DNA of 36,966 bases from an uncultured Leptospiraceae bacterium (GTDB taxonomy: Bacteria; Spirochaetota; UBA4802; JAGODF01), in assembly GCA_964591055.1 (NCBI GenBank), contig CAZPZJ010000008.1, positions 1 through 36,966 of the forward strand, given 5' to 3'. Numbering within the stretch: position 1 is the first letter of the stretch; each line of letters starts with the position of its first letter. A program made the translations under genes and the position numbers. A model generated the notes under the pieces. The model made no database searches and was not told where the DNA came from. It saw nothing but the letters and a program-made list of their open reading frames with translations. Below, piece by piece: positions 26,588 through 35,750 of this stretch.

Positions 26588-27645
26588 TGGCGCCCTCCAT
26601 TTTGTTTCTTGTTAAGATCGGCCAGCATGGCTGCTATGCCTTCAGGCGGAAGAACATGCGTTGTCCCGCCGAGCCGTATAGCCTCGCCCGGCATGCCGTG
26701 TACGACGGAACTTTCCTCGTCCTGGGCGATGGTGATCGCGCCCTGTTCCTTCATCGTTTTCAGCTCCTCCGCGCCGTCTTTACCCATGCCGGTCAGCAGC
26801 ACGCCGACCGCGCGGGATCCGAACACCTGCGAGACGGTGCGGAAGAGACAGGCGACCGATGGCCGCAATCCATTCTCCGGCGCGTGATTGCCGAGCAGTA
26901 TCCGGGGGCCCTCCGACACTCCCAGGTGAAACCCATCCGGCGCGACGTATGCCTGTCCGGGCGTGAGACAATCCCCATGCTCCGCGATGCTTACGGGGAA
27001 GCACGACGCCTCGTTCAGCCAATCGACAAAACCCTTCGTAAAACCCTGGGCAATATGCTGGACTATGAGAATCGGGAATGACAGGTCTTTCGGCAACAGT
27101 GACAGGATCTGCATGAGAACGGGAGGCCCGCCGGTGGAAGCGCCGATGGCGGCCGCCCGTATTTCCATTTCCGCATTGAGCGGACGCGGAGCATGGCGCG
27201 GGGCCGTCTCCCGCTTTCCCGCAATACTCGGGGTGCGTCGTACGACCCTGATCTCGGACATCAGCTTCACCGTCTGGACGAGTTCCTTTGAGGCAGGCTC
27301 GAAATCCTCATGATTGAGCCCCTGTGGGCGGAGGACCACGGCCAGCGCGCCGGCTTCCATCGCCCTGAACGTGGAGCCGATCTCGGTGGCGCCGGTACTG
27401 CCGCTCACGACGACAATCGGCGTCGGATGCGTTTCCATGATCCGACGTGTCGCCTCAAAACCGTCCATGACGGGCATGTGGATATCCATGGTTATCACGT
27501 CGGGCCGTTTCTCTTCGACGGCAAAAAGCGCCTCTTTGCCGTTGCTTGCAACGCCCACTACTTGAATTTCCGGATCAGATGAAAAAATATATGTTAAAAA
27601 TTCCTGCGCTACGGGCGAATCTTCGACTATAAGGACTTTTATCAT
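26584..27645 (-). CDS. cheB: chemotaxis response regulator protein-glutamate methylesterase CheB (REC + esterase)
   Basis: REC domain (VLIVEDS, VITMDIHMPVMDG) and an esterase domain (IGASTGGPPVL, LTGMGKDGA). Confidence 0.9.
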   Translation of the reverse strand: MIKVLIVEDSPVAQEFLTYIFSSDPEIQVVGVASNGKEALFAVEEKRPDVITMDIHMPVMDGFEATRRIMETHPTPIVVVSGSTGATEIGSTFRAMEAGALAVVLRPQGLNHEDFEPASKELVQTVKLMSEIRVVRRTPSIAGKRETAPRHAPRPLNAEMEIRAAAIGASTGGPPVLMQILSLLPKDLSFPILIVQHIAQGFTKGFVDWLNEASCFPVSIAEHGDCLTPGQAYVAPDGFHLGVSEGPRILLGNHAPENGLRPSVACLFRTVSQVFGSRAVGVLLTGMGKDGAEELKTMKEQGAITIAQDEESSVVHGMPGEAIRLGGTTHVLPPEGIAAMLADLNKKQNGGRQ

Positions 27646-27655
27646 CCCTGCCCCC

Positions 27656-29920
27656 CTACATGAATCGTTTAACCACTTCCAGCAGATTGCTCTGGTCGAA
27701 ACTGCTTTTCACGATATACGCGTTCGCGCCGACTTCAATGCCCCGCTCGCGGTCTTCGCGCGATTCGAGCGCCGTGACCAGAACGACCGGAAGTTCTCTA
27801 TATTGTTTATCGCTTCGGATATTCTCCGTCAGTTCAAAACCGTTCATCCGCGGCATGTCAACGTCCGAAACGACCAGGTTGAATTCGTTGCCGCGGACCC
27901 GGGTGAAGGCGTCCACGCCGTCTACGGCCGTGGAGACCCGGTAACCGGCCGTTTCCAGGATGTTCTTGATCAGCGTCCGCGCCGTGATTGAATCTTCCAC
28001 CACGAGAATTCTTCTTTTTTTTATTGTTTCCTTTTTGATTGTTTCAGCCGCTTTTACCGTCGTGGACCTTCGCAGGGCGGATTTTATTAAATCGGAGACA
28101 TTGAGTACGGGAATGACCCTGCCGGTGCCCAGGACCGTCGCGCCGGCAATGTTGCGAACGCGGCGGAGCTGCCTGCCCATGCCTTTCACGAACACCTGCA
28201 GTTCGTCAAGGACCTCGTCCACCTGAAAGGCGATGCGCGTATCGCCGGATGCAATCACCACCACAGATATTTTGTCCGCGGGCTCATTGTTATTATCCGG
28301 CAACTCCAATATGTCGCCCAGCATTACCAGCGACAGAACCTGACCGTTCAGCCGTATGGTTTTCCGGTTTTCTACCGTCAGTATCTCATCCTGTTCGGCC
28401 CTTATAACTCGTTCAACGCCGGCGGTGGGCGCCACGAACACGTGTTCATTCACCCTCACCAGAACGCCCCTGAAGGTGGCGAGGGTCAGCGGCATTACGA
28501 GCCGGAACGCCGTATCAATACCGGGATGGGAGTCGACCGACACGGATCCGCCGAGTTTCTCGACCTTCTCTCTCACGATCGCAAGGCCCAGTCCGCGCCC
28601 CGATATGTCGGTAATTATGGGGCTGGTGGTGATTCCCGATTTAAAAATCAGCGATAAAACTTCCTGATCAGTGAGCTTCCCCGCCGCATCTGGCGCGACA
28701 ATGCCCGTTTGTATAGCCGCCGCCCTGACCTGTTCCGCGTCGATGCCCTCGCCGTCGTCGGACACAAGGATTTCCAGCTGGCGACCGTCCTTTATTCCGA
28801 ATATTATATTTATTGTTCCTTTCGGCGTTTTATTCAAGAGGGCGCGTTCTTCCGGTTTTTTTATGCCGTGGTCGATACAATTCCGCACAAGGTGGATGAG
28901 CGGGTCTTTCAGCTCCTCAAGGATCCTCTTGTCTATTTCGGTTTCAGACCCGCTGATGACCAGTTCCACCTCTTTACCCTGGTCTCTCGCGAGATCGCGG
29001 ACAAACTTTGGGAAAGCCTCAACAAGAGTCGTAACCGGAAGCATCATGACCTGTTTCATCGACTCCAAGTGGTCGTCCACCATGCGTTTGAGAGTGCGGA
29101 AGTCCTGCTCCATCGACCTGGACACGGCGGCGACCCTGCCCTTGAGCTCGTTAAAACGCGTTTCATTCCATCCCGGCATTTTTCCCGACTGCTGCGCCTC
29201 TGAAGCTGAAGGCTTTTCTTTCCATTTTATCCACTCCGCTTCCCAGGAAACGAGAGACCGGTCGATCTCCTTCAATTCGCCCACACGCTGGCCGGCGGCC
29301 ATGGTAACCTGGATCATTTCCTCCGCCTGGAGGAGGATCGGGTCCAGCCTGGCCGTGGGTATCCTCACGGATTTCATACTGATCTGCTTTTTCGCGTCCG
29401 GTATGCGGGTGTCGTGCCGGTCATCTCTTGTAGGTGTTGTATCGGGGTTCTCCCCGGGAGCGGTCCCCACAGCTTGCCCGGGCCCTTCCGGTTCCGGCTC
29501 GCCTGCTGTCGCTGCGCCCCGGGGAATCTCCGCCAGCTGTCCCATCAATTCCCTGATATTCGATCGGTCGGCCGGCGCTCCTCCTTCCGCTGATAAAATG
29601 AGTTCGGCAATGGCATTCACTGCCCGGTGAAACAGGTCGAACATGGCCGTTGACAGTCCGATTTCCCGGCGTTTCAGCGCGTAAAACGCGCCCTCGAGGC
29701 GCTGGCACACCGCCTCGACGTCTCTCAGGTCCACGGACCGCGCCGCGCCCTTGAGGCTGTGCGCCTCGCGGAAGACGGTTTCGACCAGCTCCGCGAGCTT
29801 TTCCACGCCGGGATTTTTTTCCAGCTCCATGAGGCCGGCGGAAATCGCGCGGACATGCTCTTCCGCCTCGATCCGGAACGTGCCGCGGAGCCGTTTGAGG
29901 AATTCGTTATCCGCATCCAT
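27656..29920 (-). CDS. cheA: CheA-type histidine kinase with C-terminal receiver (WspE-like CheA-REC hybrid)
   Basis: HPt domain (FREAHSLKGAARS), a long linker and dimerisation region, N-box HLVRNCIDHGI, G-boxes DDGEGID and GRGLGLAIV, a CheW-like domain, and REC (ILVVEDS, LVVSDVDMPRMNG). Confidence 0.9.
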   Translation of the reverse strand: MDADNEFLKRLRGTFRIEAEEHVRAISAGLMELEKNPGVEKLAELVETVFREAHSLKGAARSVDLRDVEAVCQRLEGAFYALKRREIGLSTAMFDLFHRAVNAIAELILSAEGGAPADRSNIRELMGQLAEIPRGAATAGEPEPEGPGQAVGTAPGENPDTTPTRDDRHDTRIPDAKKQISMKSVRIPTARLDPILLQAEEMIQVTMAAGQRVGELKEIDRSLVSWEAEWIKWKEKPSASEAQQSGKMPGWNETRFNELKGRVAAVSRSMEQDFRTLKRMVDDHLESMKQVMMLPVTTLVEAFPKFVRDLARDQGKEVELVISGSETEIDKRILEELKDPLIHLVRNCIDHGIKKPEERALLNKTPKGTINIIFGIKDGRQLEILVSDDGEGIDAEQVRAAAIQTGIVAPDAAGKLTDQEVLSLIFKSGITTSPIITDISGRGLGLAIVREKVEKLGGSVSVDSHPGIDTAFRLVMPLTLATFRGVLVRVNEHVFVAPTAGVERVIRAEQDEILTVENRKTIRLNGQVLSLVMLGDILELPDNNNEPADKISVVVIASGDTRIAFQVDEVLDELQVFVKGMGRQLRRVRNIAGATVLGTGRVIPVLNVSDLIKSALRRSTTVKAAETIKKETIKKRRILVVEDSITARTLIKNILETAGYRVSTAVDGVDAFTRVRGNEFNLVVSDVDMPRMNGFELTENIRSDKQYRELPVVLVTALESREDRERGIEVGANAYIVKSSFDQSNLLEVVKRFM

Positions 29921-29934
29921 CGTTCATGCCCTCC

Positions 29935-31665
29935 TTATCCCTTGAACTGCTCGACCATTCCTTTGAGCTTCTGTCCCAGCTCATGGAGGTTCTGCGCCGC
30001 GGTCTCCGCCTGGCGCATGCTCGCCGCCGTCTGCGCTCCCGCCTGGTTGATGCTCTCCATTGCGATGCCGATCTGGTCCATCCCTATGACCTGCTGCTGG
30101 CTCGACGCCACAATCTGTGCGGCGGACTGCGTCGCTTCGACGGCAATCTCGTCCGACAGCACGCGGATCGTCTCCCCTGCCTGCGCCGACTGCTTGACGC
30201 CGGCCTCCACTGCCTTGCTCCCCTGTTCGGTGGCCATCACCGCGATGCCGGTCGCCTTCTGGATATCGCCCAGGATGCCGCGGACCTGCGCGGTCGCCTG
30301 CTTCGACTGTTCCGCCAGGACCTTGATCTCCTGCGCAACCACGGCGAACCCCTTTCCCTGCTCCCCGGCGCGGGAAGCCTCGATGGCCGCATTGACCGAG
30401 AGGAGATTGGACTGATCGGCAAGGTCGGTGACCGAAGCGATGATGCCGCCGATCGACTGGCTTTGCTCGCTCAACCGGACTATGGTCTGCGCGATGGACT
30501 CCATCTGTTCGCGGATTTGTTCCATCACGGCGGATGTTCTCTCGACTGATTCCATTCCGGCCTGGGAGACCTGGGCGACCCGCTGCGCTTTATCGGCGAC
30601 GTTCTTTGCCTTCTCCGAGGAAAGTTTGGCGGCCTGCCGCACTTCTTCCACCGTGGCCGTTGTCTCGCTGATCGCGCTGGCGGTTTCTGCGGTGCCTGAC
30701 GCGACCTGGGTCGTCGCCGCCATTATTTCGCTGGACGAGGCCGCCAGGACAGTGACCGCTTCTTTTATTTTTTGCAGCAAGTGCGTCAGTTCGGTAGTGC
30801 GTTTTTCCAATTGGTCGCGGGAAGCAGTCAATTCCTCATTCAATCGCCTGCTTTCGGAAATGTCCGCAGTCGTATTGCGCAGGTTTTCCAGCATCCCCCT
30901 GATAGCCTGGGTCAATGCGCCGATCTCATCCGTTCTTTCTTCAACCGGAATCGTAATAGCCAGATCATCACGGCCGGTGATTCGCGCCGCCACGCCGGAG
31001 AGCGCATTCAATGGATTGACAATGGTCCGGTTGAGAACAACGACGATGAAAATTCCCGCCAGGAGGCCCAAAGTCCCGATGACAAGAAAAAGAACCAGGG
31101 AAAAATCGGCGTTCCGCGTATCCTGGGCAAGCCGCTGGTTTATCTCAACGATTGATTTGTCGCCCAACTCCTGTGCGATGGATCGGATCTTTCCAAAACG
31201 TTCGGCCTGGATGCCGATCCCCAGTTGTCGCGCCTCTTCCACCTTACCCTGGTTAATCAAGGCAATCTCCTGTTCCCGGGTAGTACGATATGCAGCCACG
31301 GTATTTTTCAATTCATTGAGCCGGCCCTGGAACCGGGAATTCGAATCAAGTTTGAGCAGTTTTTCAAGAATCTCATCAATTTGCCGGTTGCGTTCCTTGA
31401 TATTTTTTTCATTTTCTTCCTGATCCGACCTCTTGACGGACAGCATCATCTCCAGTATCTCCGCCCGGTTGAAATTCTGGTGGGCCCTGAGTTGCTGTAA
31501 TTCGAGAGCTTCCGTGAAATGTAGATTGTGCAGCGTTTGCTCGGACTGCGTGATCCCCGTCATGCCCCTGTACGCGATGAGGACCACGACCGCCAGCAAG
31601 AGCCACATCATGCCGAAACCGCACATGAGTTTGATCCGGGTGGAAAGATTCACAAAGCGTTTCAT
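29935..31665 (-). CDS. methyl-accepting chemotaxis protein (two TM, four-helix-bundle-type periplasmic sensor, HAMP, MA domain)
   Basis: 576 aa. TM1 at aa 15-32 and TM2 at about aa 190-212. HAMP domain. Signalling hairpin region [40 protein letters not shown]. No NWETF-like C-terminal pentapeptide. TAA stop. Confidence 0.9.
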   Translation of the reverse strand: MKRFVNLSTRIKLMCGFGMMWLLLAVVVLIAYRGMTGITQSEQTLHNLHFTEALELQQLRAHQNFNRAEILEMMLSVKRSDQEENEKNIKERNRQIDEILEKLLKLDSNSRFQGRLNELKNTVAAYRTTREQEIALINQGKVEEARQLGIGIQAERFGKIRSIAQELGDKSIVEINQRLAQDTRNADFSLVLFLVIGTLGLLAGIFIVVVLNRTIVNPLNALSGVAARITGRDDLAITIPVEERTDEIGALTQAIRGMLENLRNTTADISESRRLNEELTASRDQLEKRTTELTHLLQKIKEAVTVLAASSSEIMAATTQVASGTAETASAISETTATVEEVRQAAKLSSEKAKNVADKAQRVAQVSQAGMESVERTSAVMEQIREQMESIAQTIVRLSEQSQSIGGIIASVTDLADQSNLLSVNAAIEASRAGEQGKGFAVVAQEIKVLAEQSKQATAQVRGILGDIQKATGIAVMATEQGSKAVEAGVKQSAQAGETIRVLSDEIAVEATQSAAQIVASSQQQVIGMDQIGIAMESINQAGAQTAASMRQAETAAQNLHELGQKLKGMVEQFKG

Positions 31666-31693
31666 GGCATTTTCTCCTTTGATCGGATGTTTT

Positions 31694-32329
31694 CTACTCC
31701 GCCTCCTGGAGCACGATGATCTTCTCGTCGCCCAGGATCCTCTCCGCGTCGAGGATGATCACGCGCCCGCCGGTAACTCCCTTCAGATACCCGGCGCCTA
31801 TTCCGGTGACGGTCGGGGGCGGCGGCTGGATATCTCCCGGCGGAATCGAAAACGTCCCGATGATGACATCCGCGAGAATCCCGAACTCCATCACGTCGTT
31901 GCTCATGATGATTATTTTATTCATGTCTCCCAGTCCCCCGTCCGGGAGGTTGAAGAATTTCTTGAGATCGACGACGGAGATGATCCGCCCGCGAACGTTG
32001 ACGATGCCGAGAACAAAGGAAGGGGCGCACGGCAGCGGTGTGAGGTCTTCCAGGGGAAAGACTTCGCGTACAAACGCATATTCGATGCCGTACGTTTCCC
32101 GCGACAACCTGAACTCGATTATTTCAAGGCAGTTTTGCACCGATATGGCCTGCCCGGGTTCCTGCGCAAGGGCGCGCGCGCGTTTTGTAAGAATGGCGCG
32201 CGCTTCCTCCGGAGACAGCGCCTCTCCCCGCTCCAGCGCTTCCCGCGCTTTTTCAATCCGGCGGTGAACCTCGCTCCAGTCAATCCCCGTTGCTTGTTCA
32301 GGTGCGGGTATCTGGTTGTCTTTATTCAT
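31694..32329 (-). CDS. cheW: CheW-like coupling protein with N-terminal extension (WspD-like)
   Basis: The track ORF 31694-32470 is trimmed to the ATG at 32329 (MNKDNQIP). CheW fold motifs are present: [15 protein letters not shown] and [10 protein letters not shown]. Confidence 0.85.
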   Translation of the reverse strand: MNKDNQIPAPEQATGIDWSEVHRRIEKAREALERGEALSPEEARAILTKRARALAQEPGQAISVQNCLEIIEFRLSRETYGIEYAFVREVFPLEDLTPLPCAPSFVLGIVNVRGRIISVVDLKKFFNLPDGGLGDMNKIIIMSNDVMEFGILADVIIGTFSIPPGDIQPPPPTVTGIGAGYLKGVTGGRVIILDAERILGDEKIIVLQEAE

Positions 32330-32350
32330 GGTAACTACTCTCCTCGGGCC

Positions 32351-32442
32351 CCCAAACCCCACTTCGACGGGCTCAGTGCATCGCCCGAAGGGGGACGTCT
32401 GTACGCTAAATCCGCTGTTCGTTCCCAAACCCCCTTCGGGGG
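32351..32442 (-). repeat. G-rich direct repeats and short GC hairpins in the 184-nt cheR-cheW spacer
   Basis: Plus strand: CCCAAACCCC at 32351-32360 and again at 32424-32433. CCCCC-TTC-GGGGG at 32430-32442. CCC-GAA-GGG within 32384-32392. On the transcript these read GGGGTTTGGG twice plus CCCCC-GAA-GGGGG. Confidence 0.4.
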
Positions 32443-32513
32443 TGGCAGTCGGAGGCTGTCCGGGGAGCATCTCTCCGTGTCTCTCTGTGACAACATGGCA
32501 TGGCAGTGAATTC

Positions 32514-34010
32514 TCATGCCAGGACCCCCATCGAGATTGTAACCCGAATTATTTCACTTAACCTCCCGGCCGTCAGCCCCTCGGATTCAGGCAGAATGTC
32601 CTCCTGCCCGTATGGGCTTAAAAGCTCAAGGGCGTTTTCGAAGCACCTGTATGCCGATTTCGCGTCACCCTGACGCAGTAGTATATTCCCCAGCGAAAAA
32701 TACGCCAGCGCATGGTCCGGTTTGAGATAGAGCGTGTGCTTGAGTGAAATGACCGCTTCATTGTACCTGTTCAGTTCCTGGAGAATTACGGCCCGGAGAT
32801 AACTCAGGCCTGGATCAAGTTTGTCAGCCGTGATGGCCGTATCGCATAATGCCAGCGCCTTGGATAGATTTCCGCTATCGGCAAGCTCCCGGATCAATCC
32901 TGTTACGTTACTTTGTGACTCCTCACCTTCGGTTTTATCCGCCTTGTTTCTATCATCATTATCAACTCGAAGCTCCGGGACCTCTTCACATGCCGTGTCC
33001 CGGTATTCATTGAGCCAATCTTCACGTATTATTTCATTATCGGGGTATAGATGCGGCCGCACCGGTTGTCCGTTCTCTGCGGCAGGTTCAACAGACGGCT
33101 GATCGATTTCTTGTTGAGAAAGGATTTCCTCACATCGATAAACCGCTGACGGTCGCGACCCCGATGTCTCTTTCCGGTACACAACCGCATCGGGGAAATT
33201 GACTGAAGCAAATTGCGGAAAAAGCTGCTGGGAAAGCTCGCTGGCGCCGACCATCAGCCAGCCTTTGTCCGCGAGGGAACGGTAGAGGCCCTGTACTACC
33301 TGCACTGCACGCCCGGACGTGAAATACATCAGCACGTTGCGGCAGAAAATGATATCCATGGCGCCCGTATTGTTCAAGGGTAACGGATAGATGTCTTCGG
33401 CGAGATTCAGGTAGGAAAACGTTACCATCTTTTTGATCTCCGGCAGTATTTCCATCCTGCCGCCGTCCCTGGGCAGAAAATATCCGTCTTTGAGCCAGGA
33501 AGGTGCGTTTCGAAACGACCATTCCCTGTATATGCCGGCGTTGGCTTTTTGTAATATTTGGGGATTGATATCAGTCGCCAGGAGGGTAATATTCCATTCT
33601 TCCAGGTCGGGAATCACTCTGTGAAGGGCGATCGCTATCGAGTACGGCTCCTCGCCGGTGGAACAGCCCGCGCTCCAGATTCTCAACAGTTTGCCGCTTC
33701 CTTCCTTTGATCGGGCAAGTTCCGGCAGAATGTGTTCCACGAGAGCATCAAAGACCTGCGGCTCGCGCCAGAAATAGGTTTCGCTGATTGTGAGATGACT
33801 CGCCAGCAATTCGATCTGCTCCCTGGTTACCGGAGATGACGCCAGCCACCGGATGAACGATTCAGCATCGGCAAAACCGAATTCCCCGGCGGCCGTTACC
33901 ACTTTGCTTTCAAGATCGCTCCACCGTTCCCGGGGAAAATACAGGGCCGTTCGCGCGGCGACGATTTCGCTTAATCGGGACAGCATTCCATGACTCAGAA
34001 CGCTTTTCAT
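32514..34010 (-). CDS. cheR: CheR protein-glutamate O-methyltransferase with C-terminal TPR domain (WspC/FrzF-like)
   Basis: CheR motifs (TYFWREPQVF, LRIWSAGCSTGEEPYSIAI, IFCRNVLMYF), a linker of about 100 aa, then TPR-like repeats (YLRAVILQELNRYNEAVISLKHTLYLKPDHALAYFSLGNILLRQGD). ATGA overlap with the upstream cheW. Confidence 0.9.
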   Translation of the reverse strand: MKSVLSHGMLSRLSEIVAARTALYFPRERWSDLESKVVTAAGEFGFADAESFIRWLASSPVTREQIELLASHLTISETYFWREPQVFDALVEHILPELARSKEGSGKLLRIWSAGCSTGEEPYSIAIALHRVIPDLEEWNITLLATDINPQILQKANAGIYREWSFRNAPSWLKDGYFLPRDGGRMEILPEIKKMVTFSYLNLAEDIYPLPLNNTGAMDIIFCRNVLMYFTSGRAVQVVQGLYRSLADKGWLMVGASELSQQLFPQFASVNFPDAVVYRKETSGSRPSAVYRCEEILSQQEIDQPSVEPAAENGQPVRPHLYPDNEIIREDWLNEYRDTACEEVPELRVDNDDRNKADKTEGEESQSNVTGLIRELADSGNLSKALALCDTAITADKLDPGLSYLRAVILQELNRYNEAVISLKHTLYLKPDHALAYFSLGNILLRQGDAKSAYRCFENALELLSPYGQEDILPESEGLTAGRLSEIIRVTISMGVLA

Positions 34011-34519
34011 CCCGCACCGCCCGTAAGCGCAGTATCCATATCCCGCTCTTTGTCAAGCGGGACAAACAAGTCGAGATCGTAAATGAGAATGAGATTGTCT
34101 TCCGTCTTTGCTACTCCCTTGATGTATTCCACGAATGGCAGCGTCTCGCCGGCGCTTACCATCTCACTACCGGTACATTCGCGGATTTCGGCCACGTAAT
34201 CCGCCACCAGCGCCACGGTCCGCAATTGTGTGCGCGCAATGATGAAATGGTCGCCGCAGTATATCTCACGCGCCGGCAAATGGAGCAGTTCGCGGATGTT
34301 CACCACCGGGACAATCCTTCCCTGCACATTGATCATGCCCTGGACGACTTCGGGGGCGTTAGGCAGGGGCGTGATTTCCACTGCGCGGACTACGCGCTCG
34401 ACAGCGGAAAGCGGCAGGGCATAGCGCGGCTCGTCCAGGGAAAACACTACGATCCGGTTCCGGGTTTCGGAGTTTATGGCTTTCACTATTTCCCGTGTGG
34501 TGGTTATATCTGTTGTCAT
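34007..34519 (-). CDS. cheW: CheW coupling protein
   Basis: The track ORF 34007-34594 is trimmed to the ATG at 34519 (MTTDITTTREI). CheW motifs: VVFSLDEPRYALPLSAVERV and GMINVQGRIVPVVNI. Confidence 0.85.
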   Translation of the reverse strand: MTTDITTTREIVKAINSETRNRIVVFSLDEPRYALPLSAVERVVRAVEITPLPNAPEVVQGMINVQGRIVPVVNIRELLHLPAREIYCGDHFIIARTQLRTVALVADYVAEIRECTGSEMVSAGETLPFVEYIKGVAKTEDNLILIYDLDLFVPLDKERDMDTALTGGAG

Positions 34520-34576
34520 AATTTTATTCACTCTCTTCGTCCCTACATATTTGCGACTACTCTCATTGTTCTTGCT

Positions 34577-34655
34577 ACAGAGGCACAGGAGCACAGAGTA
34601 TTTTGTTCTTTTCTTCTTCTTTCTTCATTATCATTCTTTTTCTCAGTGCCTCTGT
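34577..34655. repeat. 10-bp inverted repeat bracketing a 59-nt polypyrimidine (plus-strand) tract, upstream of the chemosensory operon
   Basis: ACAGAGGCAC (34577-34586) pairs with GTGCCTCTGT (34646-34655). The intervening sequence is mostly T/C runs (ttcttttcttcttctttcttc...), which read GAA-rich on the transcribed strand. Confidence 0.4.
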
Positions 34656-34671
34656 GGCTAGTCCTTGCCTC

Positions 34672-35706
34672 CTACGTAAAAGCTAACCCTCCCATGAGGG
34701 GCGACAGGCACGCCTCCGCGGCTTCCTTATCATAAATCTTCCCGGCCCCTTTGTAGATATCCGCCAGGGCAACCTCGGTACCCAGGGCGGGGCGGTAGGG
34801 CCGGTGCGATGCCATGGCCTCCATCACGTCCGCCATGGCGATGATTCTCGCTTCCAGAATGATACCATCCCCCGAAAGCCCCCGGGGTTACCCGGTGCCG
34901 TCCATGCGCTCGTGGTGCTGGTAGACTTCCTGGTCGATGGGCCAGGGGTAGTCGGCGTCCTCGAGTATTATGTAACCAGTCTCGGAATGCCCCTTGATCA
35001 TTATGAATTCCACGTCTGACAGCCTGCCCGGCCGCGCGAGGATTTCCACGGGCACGTAAATGTTTCCTATGTCGTGAACCATGCCCGCCAGGCACATGCC
35101 GTCGATGCGGTCTTCTGAGGGCCCCAGCGTGCGGGAGATGGCCGACGCGACCTCCGCAACCCGTTTTCGGTGACCGGCGATGCAGAGATCGCGAAACTCG
35201 AGTGCAGTTGACATGGCATAGATACTCTCGAACAAGATATTGTGAAGTCTTTCGTAACCGCTCGTAATCTCTTCTTCTGCTTCTTGGCGCTTGCGGCGTT
35301 CCCCGGTCTCGTCGACAGCCCTTTACCCTGACCAGGAGAGCCTGCCCGGGTGGCTCTTGTTCACGCAGTCCGTGGCGCCGCGCTTGAGCGCCTCGATGGC
35401 GAGGTCTTCCCCTATGGCGCCGCGTACGAATATGAAGGGCACTTCCGAATCGCGGCTCCGCACCTCGTTGAGGGCGGGAAAGCCGTCGTAGGATGGAAGG
35501 CAGAAATTAGAGAGAATGATATCGGGACTGAACGTATCCAGAGCCGTTTTAAACGATGCCTCGTCCACAACATGCTGCAACTGGTAGAATATACCAGATT
35601 TACCAAGCTCCCTATTAATTAGTTTCATATCCAGCTCGCTGTCTTCAAGGAGCGGGATCCGCACTACCCCTGTTTCTATATTGATTTTTTCCGGAACGAT
35701 ATTCAA
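34672..35706 (-). pseudogene. REC-HD-GYP response regulator gene interrupted by two in-frame TAA codons, with a degenerate receiver
   Basis: Track ORFs 35323-35706 and 34888-35235 share one frame, which continues to the TAG at 34672. One TAA at 35323-35325 lies in the REC-HD linker. The other at 34888-34890 replaces the Tyr of HHERMDGTG-Y-PRGLSGDGI. The downstream frame still reads ILEARIIAMADVMEAMASHRPYRPALG. The receiver has N at the phospho-acceptor position (ILSNFCLP). TTG start with GAGGAGG upstream. Confidence 0.7.
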
Positions 35707-35750
35707 TCCATCCTCCTCGTATTGGTTGACCCGGTATGCATGATTCTACG

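Noticed and set aside
34520-34680. Sigma54 (-24 GG / -12 GC) promoter upstream of the chemosensory operon
   Set aside because: GGCAC-like strings occur, but either the orientation or the GG-to-GC spacing is wrong (9 instead of 10 intervening nt). No TTGC element sits at the right distance.
34888-35325. TAA reassignment or genome-wide readthrough as the explanation for the two in-frame TAA codons
   Set aside because: TAA is used as the terminal stop of ktrA (8778-8780), the Isf-like gene (3692-3694) and the MCP gene (29935-29937). A reassigned TAA is therefore not supported, and pseudogenisation is the simpler reading.
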